In this document: piece after piece, positions 23,899 to 37,899 of the stretch
Layout of the letters: every line of letters begins with the position of its first letter
How positions within the stretch are numbered: the stretch's first letter is position 1
Source of the DNA: Selaginella moellendorffii
Lineage: Eukaryota > Plantae > Lycopodiophyta
Direction of reading: 5' to 3'
Length of the DNA stretch: 64,000 nucleotides
NCBI RefSeq assembly: GCF_000143415.4
Contig: NW_003314279.1
Location: 1-64,000, forward strand
Notes under the pieces: model-generated
Databases searched by the model: none
Seen by the model: only the letters and a program-made list of their open reading frames with translations
Told to the model about the DNA's origin: nothing
Program-made: the position numbers and the translations under genes

Positions 23899-25340
23899 TC
23901 ATTCTTGGGGAAGGGTCTTAAGACTAACTTGATAGCCCCCCTGGTACATGAGACGCTCTTTTTTCCTTCGTTCCGCTTCTACCTTCCTCAGGTTGCCCAG
24001 CTTCTTAAGAATGTCGATTTCATCCTGTTCAAGGTTGGTAAAGCACTGGCTCAGCTCAAGCTCATGCGTCGTGTATGCTACCTTCCCTTCCTCTGCACTA
24101 TGTGAAACAGCTCTGCGCTTGGTCGGGGCTGGGCAGATGTACACACAGTGCACCATGCAGTGTCCAGTATACCAGTGTTGAATCTCTTCTTGCGTCACAC
24201 ACTTGTACTCTGTCTTCCCGTGTGTTTCTGGACTAACAGTCACCTGAAGTGCAAGGATATGTAACACTCGCTGCTCGTTTACCCACGCTAGCACGCCGTC
24301 TGCATACTTGAACGGGTACTTCCCAGGCAACATGTATCTTGCCTGGTGCGGCTTCCATTGATCTGGCCTGATCACTGCTGGTTCACCCTTTAAAGCCTCC
24401 AGCTTAAATACTTCGATTTGTTCCCCTTGAAAGTTCAACCCGTGGATAGCCTCTCCGACAAAACCCTCGCAAGTCCACCCCACTTCCGGCCAAATCACGT
24501 TGGCTTTCTTGAGTTTGTGCAGAAGGTTCTTGAACTCTGGTGAGCAATAGACTGTGCCCTTCAAGCGCTCTAAAGCCGCTTCTACATGTACCGCATAGAG
24601 ATAGCTGGTGCAAAAAGATCCATTGCAAACATAGCCCTTCTTGATGTAGTCTGATGCATTCAAAGTCCTGAAGTTAAGTAGAACCATTTCCCAGTCTCGC
24701 TTTTCGTCCAGGTACTTCTTAGTTCTTGTTCATTATCCGGATCCATTGTACACAGGCTGGGAAAACGTCTCTTCCTGTTGACGAATGCCTCTGTGATGTC
24801 TTCGACATACTCTTTACGAGCCTTGTTTAGGAAGATGGGTGCTTGTCAGCATAAAGAGTAACATCCGCTTCACGTTCAGGATGCTCTTGAAGCAACTTGC
24901 CGAGGAGGGTCTCTTGCAGGAATGCAGTATACTCGTTCTGCACATAAATTTATCCTCTCAGGCAGAATAACTATTATGGGACTATTACCTGGCCAAAGAC
25001 GACATGCCTCAGCGCTACCGCCTCATGGTATTTGGGATGTTCTGTGCAGGAGGCAAGGCCTTAACTACGAAGTCAGAGGACCCCTCGAAGGTAGTCATCA
25101 AATTTCTGGCCTTCGCCTGTTCTTCAAGTATGCCATCCCAGTGCAATGCAACAAACTTCTCTTGGCCATCGCAAAGCAGAGTAATGTGATCCCGGCCACT
25201 CTCGTCTGAGACAAGAATTCAGCAAGGTCCTCGGGAGAAGAGACACTCAACCACATCCTCCACCTTAATTCCACACTCGAAATTTGTCTTTAGTGGCTCT
25301 AGCCTCGCACTGCTGTACGGCAGCAAGTCTATAGCTTCAT
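23899..25340 (-). pseudogene. Crinkler/RHS-like NTPase + restriction-endonuclease-fold gene; 5' part decayed, 262-aa 3' ORF open
   Basis: YMLPGKYPFKYADGVLAW...LALQVTVSPETH resembles the CR-type REase P..(N)FP..D...QxT...H pattern. Upstream frameshifted remnants ITLLCF(A)D and YADKHP(I)FL resemble the Walker B and GxP motifs. Confidence 0.5.
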
Positions 25341-25826
25341 TTGTGGGATATAAACCCTAAGTATTCTAAGAAGAATATGCCAAATACTCAAATCTTTTAG
25401 ATTTAATGGTTATTATATCTTTGGTAAGTTTTTGGATTTCATAAGAAGTCACCAATAAAGATGTTTAACCTCAAATATCCCAAAATTTGTAATCGATTGG
25501 AAAAAAAATACATTCTTATTCATAATTTTTTTCCTTTTATATTTAAACTTTCATGTTTAAAAATACCACCAATTGCCTTCTTTCCCAAGTAAGTGTTATC
25601 TTGAAGAGTTGGATAGTCAGCTATATATAATAGTAGTGGATATGAGCTTTTGGATGGTTTTTTTTAGGCCACTCGTCCCATGGCTGTAAAGTGATCTAGC
25701 TGTGAAGAGTGAAATATTTCTCTTATAAAAAAATTGCTTGCATTGTTGCATTCGGCAGAAAAATCTTCTCGACTGAGCTTGAAATGGTATGACTTATTTG
25801 ACGAGAAGTTGTCCACACAGATTGCT

Positions 25827-26350
25827 CCTGCCGAACACTGTCTGCCTGATATTGTTGAGAGAAGCTTGCTGGAGAAGTCCCAAACTCGAACAAGGCTGTG
25901 GTTGTCCACCGCAAAGGTACTCATCGCTTCAATCATCCTGCTTGTCTCCTCCTGATGCAATGGTTCATGAGCAGCAATCTGGAGAAGAGATAGTTGGACG
26001 CAATCCTTCACAAGTTACGCCAGTGCTCCCCGTAGGGAGCCAAGCCGACTGCTTGCCACAAACTCGCAGCTCTCGTGCCACTTCCGGCTTGCTGGTGATG
26101 ACCATCCTAATGTTGCCCAGGCTGAAGACCATGAGCTCCTCTGCATGGTACCTCTTGGCGAGCTTGGCCAACTTTCGGTTTCAAGGATTCCTGTTATCCA
26201 CCAATAGTTTTTCCAGGCATGCAGCTCCGGATAATCTCCTTGTCCGTCGTTATAAAACCTGAATTCGAGACCATCTCCAAAACCTTTGCTTCTTCCTATG
26301 CATGGCCACCAGGAACAAGCCAAGGAGCCAGGACTGCCAGGATTGCCAAG
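25827..26350 (-). pseudogene. Second CYP78A-like fragment (N-terminal part)
   Basis: LAPWLVPGG, LAKRYHAEELMVFSLGNIRMVITSKPEVAREL, WRNL*RIASN, DNHSLVRV. Similar to 18955-19390. Confidence 0.8.
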
Positions 26351-26584
26351 AGCTCGAGTTTAGGAGATTATCCCTTGAAAAACTATTGGCGGATAACAGG
26401 AATCCTCGAAATGGTAAGTCTCTAAGGGACTTGTATTGTTAACGCTCACACTCAGGTACGTTAGCTTTCCGGCTGAAGAGAAAGGTGGCAAAGTTGCACT
26501 AATCAGAACAATGTGGAAGAACACTAAAATAAGTCAATTTTTGACAAAGCCGTGTTCTGATTTTTTCTTGCTTCCAGCTGGTTT

Positions 26585-28442
<1,858 letters not shown>

Positions 28443-30608
28443 ATGGCGGGAGTGGCTGTTTGGAATGTGGTGGAGAATCTCCACGCCCAGGATTTGGTCG
28501 GCGGCGTATTCCAGGCGGACGAGGCGGTGCTGGCGGCGCTCCAGAGCTTCAGCCGTGCCGGCGTCGTCGCCGCGCACAAGCAGCTCCGCCAAGAGTCCGC
28601 GGCCATGGAGGCGGTAAGCAAGAGCCAGGGTACGTACCGCGGCTGCGTCCCTAGCTATATGGATCCGCACGGATTGCCCTCCTTTCCGGTGCCGCTGGTC
28701 ACGAGTCGATCCACTCTCTGCAAGAATGTGGGGCTTGTGGATCTGGAGCCCGGCCGAGCCAATCCGGGCAGTGTTCTTCACGGGTTTCTCCGAGTGGAGG
28801 CCTTTCGCTGCTCCAATGTGGCCGTGACGGCACTGGAAGACGACAGTGGAAGAATGGCGAGGGTCTTGGCTCTCAACTCGCTGTTTTGGAATTCCTCACA
28901 GGAAGAAGTGGCAAGGATTTTTCCAGAGGGCGCGGAGGTTCTTGTGAAGCACCCATGCTTGGTGGAAGCGGAGTTTTGCCAGGGCCTGGCACTCTGGGTG
29001 CCAAATCCACTCTCGCTCGAGATCGTCTCTTACTTCCCTCGCATGGAAGTTGGCGAGCCGGATGTTTATCTCAGCTGGGGAAGCAAGGAACTCGACGAGA
29101 GGAAAAACTTCTTGGCTGCGGCGGATCTCTTCACTCGCTGTCTCGAGTGTCTCCGAGCTTGTGGAGACGAGACCAAGATGGTGGTGGCTCTCGTGAGGCG
29201 AGCCGAGGCACGTATCAAGCTCGAGCGCTACGAGGAGGCACTGGCCGACGTCGAAAAGGCACTGGCACTGGATCGTCACGACTTCAAGAGCCTCGCAGTG
29301 AAAGGAGCGGTGCTGCTCGGGCTCAAGCAGTATGGATCTTCCACCTCGTGCTTCAAGCAGGTGGCCGAAGTAGAAGCCTCTCCAACTTACAGGAGCTTGT
29401 ACGATGCTTCGCTGCGTTTCAACGAGCAAAGCGAACGTGGAGTTTACGATCTCTCGGAGCATTACCTCGCAGCTGGAGCAAATGTGGAAGAGGATCGAGC
29501 CCCGGAGCTTGCAGACTTCGTTGGTCCCGTCAAGGTGGCGATGACTCGAGATGGCCGAGGGAGGGGCCTCTTTCTCACCGAAAGCGTCTCCGTGGGACAA
29601 CTTCTTCTCGTCAGCAACGCGGTAGCAATGGTTTTTCCAGACGAGGACTGCCCGGTTTTGGAGGTGGATAAGTTTGGCACTCTTCTCACGGCGGTGCTGA
29701 GAGCCTGCATGGCTTCTCCCAGGACTCTGGCACAAGTGTACAGCTTGGCCGAGAGCGATCCTGTCACAGGATTAACTATCGACAAGAACGAGGTCCCAGA
29801 GATGGAACTCTTCCAGCCAAACACAGGTTCTCTCGAGCTCCACGAGGAGCTCCTTCTCGATGTTACGCGCATCGCAAACATCCTCCACTGCATCAACGAG
29901 AATGGAAAGGCAGCGGACACTCTTGTCACCAGAGACTTCGATGGCTTGTGGACGCTTCCAAGCTTCCTGAACCATTCGTGCCTTCCAAACGTTGGTGTCC
30001 ACTACGTTGGAAAGGCTCTCTTGGTGGTGGCCGCAAGAGATATGGAGGCCGAGACGGAGCTCGTTCGATCGTATGGCAGTGCTCTCGCTCCCTGGAACCC
30101 GATGAGGCGGGAGTCCATCAGAGTGGAATGCCGGTGCGAGAGGTGTGCTCTGGAAAAACGACTGGAAGAAGAGCTCCGGGATGTAAGCCAGAGATTTGAC
30201 GCGCTGCTCAATGCTACCTCAATGGTGGAGTCGGAGTTTCACAAGCAGCTGGGAGAGCTAGCAGTGGAGCTGGAGCGCAAAGTTTGGGATATGGATTTGA
30301 GAGAAGCCGAGAAGCAGTGGCTCCGGACGTCGTACTGCCTGGCTTACTTGTCTTTTTATTTGAGAAACGAGACTTGTCAAAGAGAGAAAACGATGCCTTT
30401 GAAGGAAGACATCGCTCGAGCTCTTCACTCGACTTCTCCTGGTTTTAGCAAGACCCTGATGGCAATGTGCTGCTTGCTCGAGGATGGAAATGGCAGCGGA
30501 GGGCTCCTGGAAGACGAATGCTTTGCGCTTTGTGGACGTCAAAACCATGAGGTTGCCGCAGCCATTGTCAAGCAAGCCAGATACAAAGGTAAGGAATTCT
30601 TCTGGTGA
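28443..30608 (+). CDS. Intronless TPR + SET-domain protein (putative lysine methyltransferase), 721 aa
   Basis: TPRs (LVRRAEARIKLERYEEALADVEKAL); SET motifs GRGRGLFLT, SFLNHSCLPNV, ARDMEAETELVRSY; post-SET CRCERC. Confidence 0.88.
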   Translation: MAGVAVWNVVENLHAQDLVGGVFQADEAVLAALQSFSRAGVVAAHKQLRQESAAMEAVSKSQGTYRGCVPSYMDPHGLPSFPVPLVTSRSTLCKNVGLVDLEPGRANPGSVLHGFLRVEAFRCSNVAVTALEDDSGRMARVLALNSLFWNSSQEEVARIFPEGAEVLVKHPCLVEAEFCQGLALWVPNPLSLEIVSYFPRMEVGEPDVYLSWGSKELDERKNFLAAADLFTRCLECLRACGDETKMVVALVRRAEARIKLERYEEALADVEKALALDRHDFKSLAVKGAVLLGLKQYGSSTSCFKQVAEVEASPTYRSLYDASLRFNEQSERGVYDLSEHYLAAGANVEEDRAPELADFVGPVKVAMTRDGRGRGLFLTESVSVGQLLLVSNAVAMVFPDEDCPVLEVDKFGTLLTAVLRACMASPRTLAQVYSLAESDPVTGLTIDKNEVPEMELFQPNTGSLELHEELLLDVTRIANILHCINENGKAADTLVTRDFDGLWTLPSFLNHSCLPNVGVHYVGKALLVVAARDMEAETELVRSYGSALAPWNPMRRESIRVECRCERCALEKRLEEELRDVSQRFDALLNATSMVESEFHKQLGELAVELERKVWDMDLREAEKQWLRTSYCLAYLSFYLRNETCQREKTMPLKEDIARALHSTSPGFSKTLMAMCCLLEDGNGSGGLLEDECFALCGRQNHEVAAAIVKQARYKGKEFFW

Positions 30609-31071
30609 GGATAATTTTTTAAACAAAGCTCTTCAGAAAGATTTTTACTTCCATAATTTTTATACTTTTTTGAGGATTTTAAATAAGTACCTACACAATA
30701 AATTCTGTTACATAAATTTTTGCTTTTTACCATTTACTGTAAATAATATTAATTATTTATAGATAGTAATAAATTTTTAGAAAATATTTACTATCATATT
30801 TTACTATAATAAGTACTTAAAAGAGTTATAAGCTTTATATATTTTATTTATTTTGAGATATTCATTAAGACATTATTTCATATGATAACTCTTAACATTT
30901 ATATTTTGTGATGCACTATTATTGTTCCACTTGTATATGGCTTAGGCATTCAACAAACTCTGTTTGGACTAGTGGAAAAATGTGTAATCGATTATATTTT
31001 TCATTCTACTTTAGTCACTTAACCATACCTTTAACCACTTGGAAGAGTTTCACTCACAACCTTCGTAAATT

Positions 31072-32975
31072 CTATTTTGGATTTAGGGACTTGTTAGCCT
31101 CAAGAATAACATCCATGCCACTCAACCATTGCACTTAGTTCAAGTGCTCCACATGTTCGATCTTATGACTGACACCCCAAGGTACCACTGACATATCAGC
31201 TTGTTATACTAAGGCCATGCCCATTCACCTTGGTCACACTGGTGGTCTAACACCACTTACATCACAGCCCCATCTCTCAAAGACTGTGCCATCTATCTAT
31301 GAGTGATCATCCCAGATCCACTCTTTAGCATCCTTAAGATGCCCGTAGGCATGGGGAATAGCCTTCCCCAATATCCCTTTTCTAGTCCCCATCAAGTCTT
31401 TTTTTGCCCATGGCCGTGTTCGCCAACATTGCCATTGGATCGAGGCCCACAAGCTCAACCACTAAATCCCATGGTCTTTTGGGACTTCCTCACCACCCGA
31501 CTATATCCTTGGTCACTACACCAAAGGATTACTCCTCTTCCTTTCCATAGTCTGGGCCTTTGGGACAACATTTTGGAACACCATGGCCCTACGTGAGCCT
31601 TATGGGTACTCTCCCCGCCTTCCACCTTTAGGTGCTTTATCCATGGGCTTAGAGCAAGGTTTCGTTAAGCCACGCCAGGTATCCAAGTAGGTAGTGCCAC
31701 CCACACTTGGACTAGGAGCATTGACCATTTGATCTCCTGGGGGAACTAGAGCTAGCTCTTGAACACTTCACCAAGCTACCCGGCTTGTCAGACCATATTC
31801 ACTTTAGTTTTGGACTTCCCAGTAATTATTTCATCACCCAACACCTGGGTACAGCCTTCTTGGGACAAACTGGCCTTTCCTGGCTAAACTGGCTCCACTG
31901 GAGTCCTCCCCCTACTATACTTTTGGAGCTCACCAAACCCCCCAAGGTCTGGGAGACGAATGCTTTGTGCTTTCACCCCCTCAGACTTGAACTCGGACTT
32001 GGACTTGGACTTGAACTCAGACTCAGACTCGGGCTTGGGCTCGGTCTCGGCCTCGGCCTCGGTCTCGGTCTCGGTCTTGGTCTCGGTCCCGGTCTCGGTC
32101 TCGGTCCCAGTCTCAGTCTCGATCTCGACTTCGGACTCCATCTCGGGTCCTTCTCAGACTCCATCTCATATTCCATCTCAGACTCCATTTTGGACTCCAT
32201 CTCAGGCTCATCTCAGACTCCATCTCGGGCCCATCTCGGACTTCATCTCGGGTCCATCTTGGACTCTATCTCAGACTCCATCTGGGGTCCATTTTGGACT
32301 CCATCTCGGACTCCATTTCGGGTCCATCTCGGACTCCTTTTGTGTCATTTTTCTAGAGACTCACTTATTGCTTGCTTTGTGCTTGTTCCTCGAGCACTTT
32401 GTTGGGAGTTCCACTCTTGCTCTTGACCTTTCAAGTCGGAGCTTTTAGTTCAAACGTGTTACGTTTGTTTGGCTTTCGCTTCGGCCACTACCACGTGGCA
32501 CCCTTTTGGCTCCACTTTGGGGCTTAGGGATTTTGTGTCTCACAAAATGCTCGTCAAATATTGATCCCAAGATTTAATATCAGTAGTTTGTAGCAATTGT
32601 GAAGGTAAACTCAACTCCATTAATAATATTGGATTATAACTATATAGAAGTTTATATGGTGAAACACCAACAAAACTCTACACCCTTGTGACAACCACAT
32701 AGTGAAAAGATGGTGAATAACTATCTTAATCCGAATGCTGAAATTTCATATACTTCATAATCATCAATTTGAAGGTCCGAACAAACCCTTCCACTAAACC
32801 ATTTGACTGTGGACGATAGACACTTGTAAAAATGTAGTGTATCCTCAACTGAGATGTTAAAACAAGAAATGCCTCAACTATAAATACGGAACCATTATCC
32901 TAAAGAATTTGTTCTAAATAGGAATGTTGGAATGCTATTTGATTGAGAAATAAGTATCTAACAACAGTTACAAAT
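31072..32975 (-). mobile_element. Gypsy-like retroelement 3' fragment (integrase tail, minisatellite spacer, PPT-like tract and LTR start); direct repeat of 44733-46698
   Basis: Minus strand encodes the integrase motif YRPQSNGLVE (~32790-32820). Purine tract then TGTGATG at 31266. Collinear with the second copy ~13.66 kb downstream. Confidence 0.7.
31981..32335. repeat. Compound minisatellite: hexamers (GACTTG/GACTCA/GTCTCG) then 12-mers (CCATCTCGGACT/CCATCTCGGGTC)
   Basis: Seen directly. Sister arrays at 45645-46056 and 56650-56868. Confidence 0.9.
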
Positions 32976-35779
32976 TGTGCAACTCCACTTCCCCATCCTA
33001 AAAAGTTCTCTATTTAAGGGCACTATCATCCTTTCTTGTATTTCGTGCCTCCTTAGGCACTAAGTTCCAGTTATCATAATTTGTGCTAAGGTTGTCCATG
33101 CCCCTATCATTTGGCTACCTTACTGCTCTCTCCTTTGGAGATTCTTCTTTCGCCAAATCAGAGCAATTGGGAATCCATCTTTGGAAACATCTTGCCTTTT
33201 CCACAATTCGTTAGTCCCTAACACATTAGTGTTCTTGGCCTAACTTTGCCTTTTGGATTCTTTCCCATGGTTCCCATGGCTCTTTTTTTAGCCATTGGTC
33301 TTTTGCTTCTATCCTTTGATAGTTGCACCCAACAACATAAGATTGCTACTTCCATTCTCAAGGTATCCTTTCGGTTCTATAGCAAAAACTTTGCTTGCCA
33401 AGTCCAGAGGGTGTTTACCCCTAGTATGTCTCTTTATCATTTTTTGCTATAGCTTTATTCATAGCCCAATTTAGTGGCCCTCCCATGAGTCTCTTATAAA
33501 GATTACTTTCCTCGGACTCACTATGCCATCGTATGGACATAACTTATTTCCCTTAGGTGCTTTTCCCACTTGGTCATCTTAACCAAGCCACACCATTATA
33601 AATAGTTCAAATCAACACTTTAAACCAGGAACTTTATTTCTTAGCCAACCAAGGACTTTGTCCATATTTTGCCACAAGATCACTTAATGATCTCACCTTG
33701 ACACCTTAACAGAGTTGCCAAGAGGTACTTGGTCTTCTAGACCTTCAAGTTGTTAACCATGACCCCGGGGGCATCCCCCACACTTGGTGGTGCACCCAAG
33801 CTAGCCCTTACGGCCAAGGGTCTATAGAAATTGAGATTAGGTGTCCCCATCTCACTCACCACGTCCTTGGTGCCACTTGCACCAAAGAGTTCAAGTTAGA
33901 TATACTGAGCTTTCGCACTAAGCAATCTAACTGTGTATTATGACTCCGAGGCATCCCTCGCTTGGTGGTGTGCCCAAATCAGTCTCCTTACTGAGAGTCC
34001 ATGATCACCGAAAAATGAATGTCCTCATATTCTAAACCATCACCACGCCTTAGTGATTTGGGATTCGAACCCAAGCACTAGAGGGTCGGGACTCGAACCC
34101 AACCTCTGTATATGCATCTATGGACGGTATTGCGTAGGATGTCTAGTATGACTCCCCACGCCGGTGCATCAATTTATACTTAAAGTGCGCTACAGATCAT
34201 AGCTTAAGAACTTAATTCCTCCACACTGCCAAGTCCTCTCATTTGACAAGTCTATGATCATGCATAGACTCCTCCATGCTTGGCCCCATAAGCCACCTTT
34301 TGAAGTTGGCACCTTCAACTAGGGGATTTGTTCCCCTGACTTGCCAATCTCATTTAGCAAGTCATCTGACTAGCGTAACATGGTTTCATGCACAAGCGTG
34401 AAAGTCCTCAACCATTAACTTTCATTCAAAGCCATCCCTTTGAGCGCTCGGGAATAGCTTCCTCAACCTTGATAGCATTGCGTTATAGCAAGCTTCAAGG
34501 CCATGTTTCTGCTGCACCATTTTGATTTCGTGCATTCTATAAACCATTTACACTTGGCTTTCTAGGTACCAAGCTACCTAGAATTGTCTTTGGGAACCTT
34601 TGAAGGAACTTTGTCCCTTAGCTTGCTAAGGCTTCTCCTTTCGCAAGTTTTTTAATTGCCATATGGTCTAACATGGACAATTTCATGCTTTAGATTCTCC
34701 ATGGCATCACGGTTGCTAGTAACAATATGCTTGAGCACTATAAACAACCAAAGAGAATGACTTGAGAAACAATTCATAAGGAGAAGGAAAGGGCCCATGA
34801 ATAAGAGTGCACCCCCTTTTCCAATCGGTTAAGGGTCTTGGGATATTTTGGGGTTAACCGTCCTTGGGTTTGGATAGTACTAGGCTGTGTGACCTCCCGG
34901 GAAGTCTAAACTTAAGAGCTTACAAGCACCCACTTGATTCTCCACTCCCAACTGGCATAACCACCCTTGGTTATGCAATTTGATTCCTATGGTTTGGTTT
35001 TATTCCCTTACTATTTGCTTTTGGCCTCACACTTTTCCTTTGGTTATTTTCCTCTAGACTAAAAGGATAACTTTGCACTTTCTATTATGCCGTAGCAAGT
35101 ATTCTTAGGGATGAATCTATCTGATATCCTAGGAAGTAGTTCCTTAATTTGGGTATGCTCAACTTATAACCCCACATACCGGGATTAACGTTGCTACTTA
35201 TGGGCTTTTATATGCCCATCACTAACCTTGCCAAAATTCCATTTTGGTTTCCTTCAATTCGGGTAGACAGTCTTTTTTTGTCTCCACAACCTTGGAAATT
35301 TGGATAGAACCTTCAGTCCATCATTCACTAGGGACTTAGTCCCTTGGGCCTTATCTATTGCCCTCGCGACACTAAACACCACCTCCTAGTGTTCTAGAGT
35401 GTTTGGGTGTCCCAATGATAATGAGCATTTCCTTTTTTAACATTGACTCATTATATCGTAACATAAGCAATTTATCTCCTATAAGGGTATATTTAACTTC
35501 CTTATGCCATTAAAAAGTCTTGGGTAATTACCTTCTACCCATTTAACCAATCATTTTACACCTTTTGCTTAGTTGCCTTATAGATGTCAAGTCCTATAAT
35601 TCATTGCTGGTGCTTCCACACCTCCATCATTATCTGGGTCACCACACTCCAATTGCATGTCTTTCAACTTAGGCCATGCCATTCCCATTTCCATTAGGAT
35701 TCCTTTGGGAAGGGGTTCTCATTACCCTACCAACTTGACCTCAAGGCATTACGCTTTGGCACATTCAGTGTTTCCACAC

Positions 35780-36400
35780 CATCAACATAATGTTCCAACA
35801 AGCCATCAACTTTGGGGTCTTGTGTGCCAATCTCATCAATTATGGCACCGCTAATCTCCAACTCTGGGGAAGGAGGCTCTCACTAGGCCTTGTGGCAGTC
35901 CCAGCATCACTCCTCACTTTTTGCAGCCATTTTCCTCTCCGACACTCCAAACAAAGGCCATCTCGAGCAAGGCAAATCACTCCTCTAGAGCCTCAGCTTG
36001 CAATGGCTGTGCTCATCCCATACTGTCAGCAAGTCATAGGCATCAGCTATGCTCTTGTTCTGTTCCAGTCGATTGGGTTCCATACAATGCCTCACTCTAC
36101 TCGGCAGTGATCACCATCATGATCAATGATTTTCAAAGTGGCCACTAGAATTATTTTAGCTAGTTCGAGTTCAAGAGGAACGAAGAGCTCAAAGAGATTC
36201 GTAGTAGGCATTCACGTGATTTCTTTCGTGTGGTCTTGAGTTGCCTGGTTCCCAGCGAAGTCTTTTCTCTTGAGATCTGCTGACCAGTGCAGTAAACATG
36301 GATGACGCTCTTTGTGCATTTCTTCTTGCCCGAGACGAAGAAAATCCTAATCGAGGAGATGTGGCAGGAGTGGAGCAAGCACTGGTACCAAGATGATTCC
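35780..36400 (+). pseudogene. Sugar transport protein (STP/MST family) pseudogene with internal deletions
   Basis: NIMFQQAINFGVLCANLINYGTANLQLWGRRLSLGLVAVPA, PQLAMAVLIPYCQQVIGI, VLFQSIGF, NASLYSAVIT, FVHFFLPETK...IEEM...WSKHWY. Frameshifted. Confidence 0.8.
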
Positions 36401-36604
36401 AAGTTCTCTTGGAGCTGGTTGTAGGAATACGCTGCAATTCATCCCAGGATCTCGTTCAGAATCTTGTACTTGAAGCTGAAAATAGTATCTCATTGGGTAA
36501 GGGGAAATTTTAGGGTACCCTATTGAGCAGGGATTGTTGAGCCCACGTAATCCATTTGTGATCAAGATTACCTTTGTCATGGCTTCACTGCATATTGGTT
36601 TTAT

Positions 36605-37036
36605 ATGGCTATCATACATTGGCCACCTCAGCTATCTGAAGAGGTATCTGAAATGATTGGAACCTTTGCTTTCTTAGCAGCCGGGTTCTTCTCAGGTCAG
36701 TTTTCTTCTCTTCTTTTCCTAGAGACTTACAAGGGTGTCCATGTAGTGACTATGTATGTTTTCTTTGGTGGAAAGAAAACGTACACATACGGTTTTCTTG
36801 TTGGGGGCATCTGTTCCATAATGAGCATGCTGGTGATATCATGCTGCGGACTTTTCACACCTCTCCCTGACGATTGGTATGATGGAGTGTTTGCATTCAT
36901 TGTGATTTCCTTTGTGAGAACATGGGTTCTTTTAGTTTGCTCCACCGCTAGCATGGCAAGTACATGCCCTTGTACTTGTGGGATCAATTTTCTACACAGG
37001 GCTGCTTCATACCTACATGTTACAGTCTCCACTTGA
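36605..37036 (+). other. Hydrophobic 143-aa ORF, possible membrane-protein gene fragment
   Basis: ATG start and several apolar segments. No family recognised. Confidence 0.25.
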
Positions 37037-37899
37037 ACTTCTATGGGGTTATGCTGCTGGTTTTCCAACAATGAGCTTGTGTTGATAAACAGCTTGCTGT
37101 GATGCAAGAGAAGGCCATTCAAGCTTTGAGGGAGTTTGCTGAGGTCACATGGAATGCTTTACCCAACATGGGAGTAGGAGATATAAGGAGGAGGATAGCA
37201 ATAGAAATCACTTTGGAAACAATCAAAAGTCATGTTTTGATTGACATAGCATTTAAGATGTGATATAAAGATGTATAGATATTTTTTGGGAGTGATCTAA
37301 GGACAATAAAGATATAGATGAAATCAGTTGGAGAGCCTACAAGAAAAAAGAGGGTGACAACAGCATTGACAAATGTTTAACAATGTTTAAAGGTGTTCTT
37401 GGAGTATTCTTAGTGAGGAGATTATAAATGTTCAGATTAGTGAGCTTTGGAATGTTTTGAAGAGTTTTGGTTATAGCTTATGGTTGGCAATAGAGTGTTC
37501 TTGAGCAACTTTATAAAATAATCCTTATTTTTTTTCCTCATAGCTCATTAAATTCTTGTTTAAATGCACATAATAGAATCTACATGGTAAAGTCCCTTTT
37601 AGCCTTGGTTTTAGCAAAAATCTTATCAAATTCAAATGATAGTTGCAAACCCAATTAAATCTTGCAAGTTAGGAATAGGATGCCATCTTTTCTTGATTGG
37701 TAAAAGTTTTTAATAAATATAATCTTATATGGGGAGACCTTTGGGTAGAAATTGCATATGTACCCTAAACCCCCAAGTGAGTAATGAAGAGATAGTGAGT
37801 ACTAGTGAAATTGCCCTTGGTTTGAAATGTTTTAGAGAATTTTAGTTGTAACTCACAGCAATAGAAAATCCTTGAGCAATTTTGTGAAGTAATATTTAC

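Noticed and set aside
31981-32335. Regular short repeats as a CRISPR array
   Set aside because: Units are contiguous with no unique spacers, there are no cas genes, and the context is a eukaryotic retroelement.
34051-34107. tRNA gene
   Set aside because: Only T-arm-like hairpins; no D-arm, anticodon arm or acceptor stem.
33000-35750. gag-pol of a specific retrotransposon family
   Set aside because: Probably TE-derived, but no motif could be read confidently.
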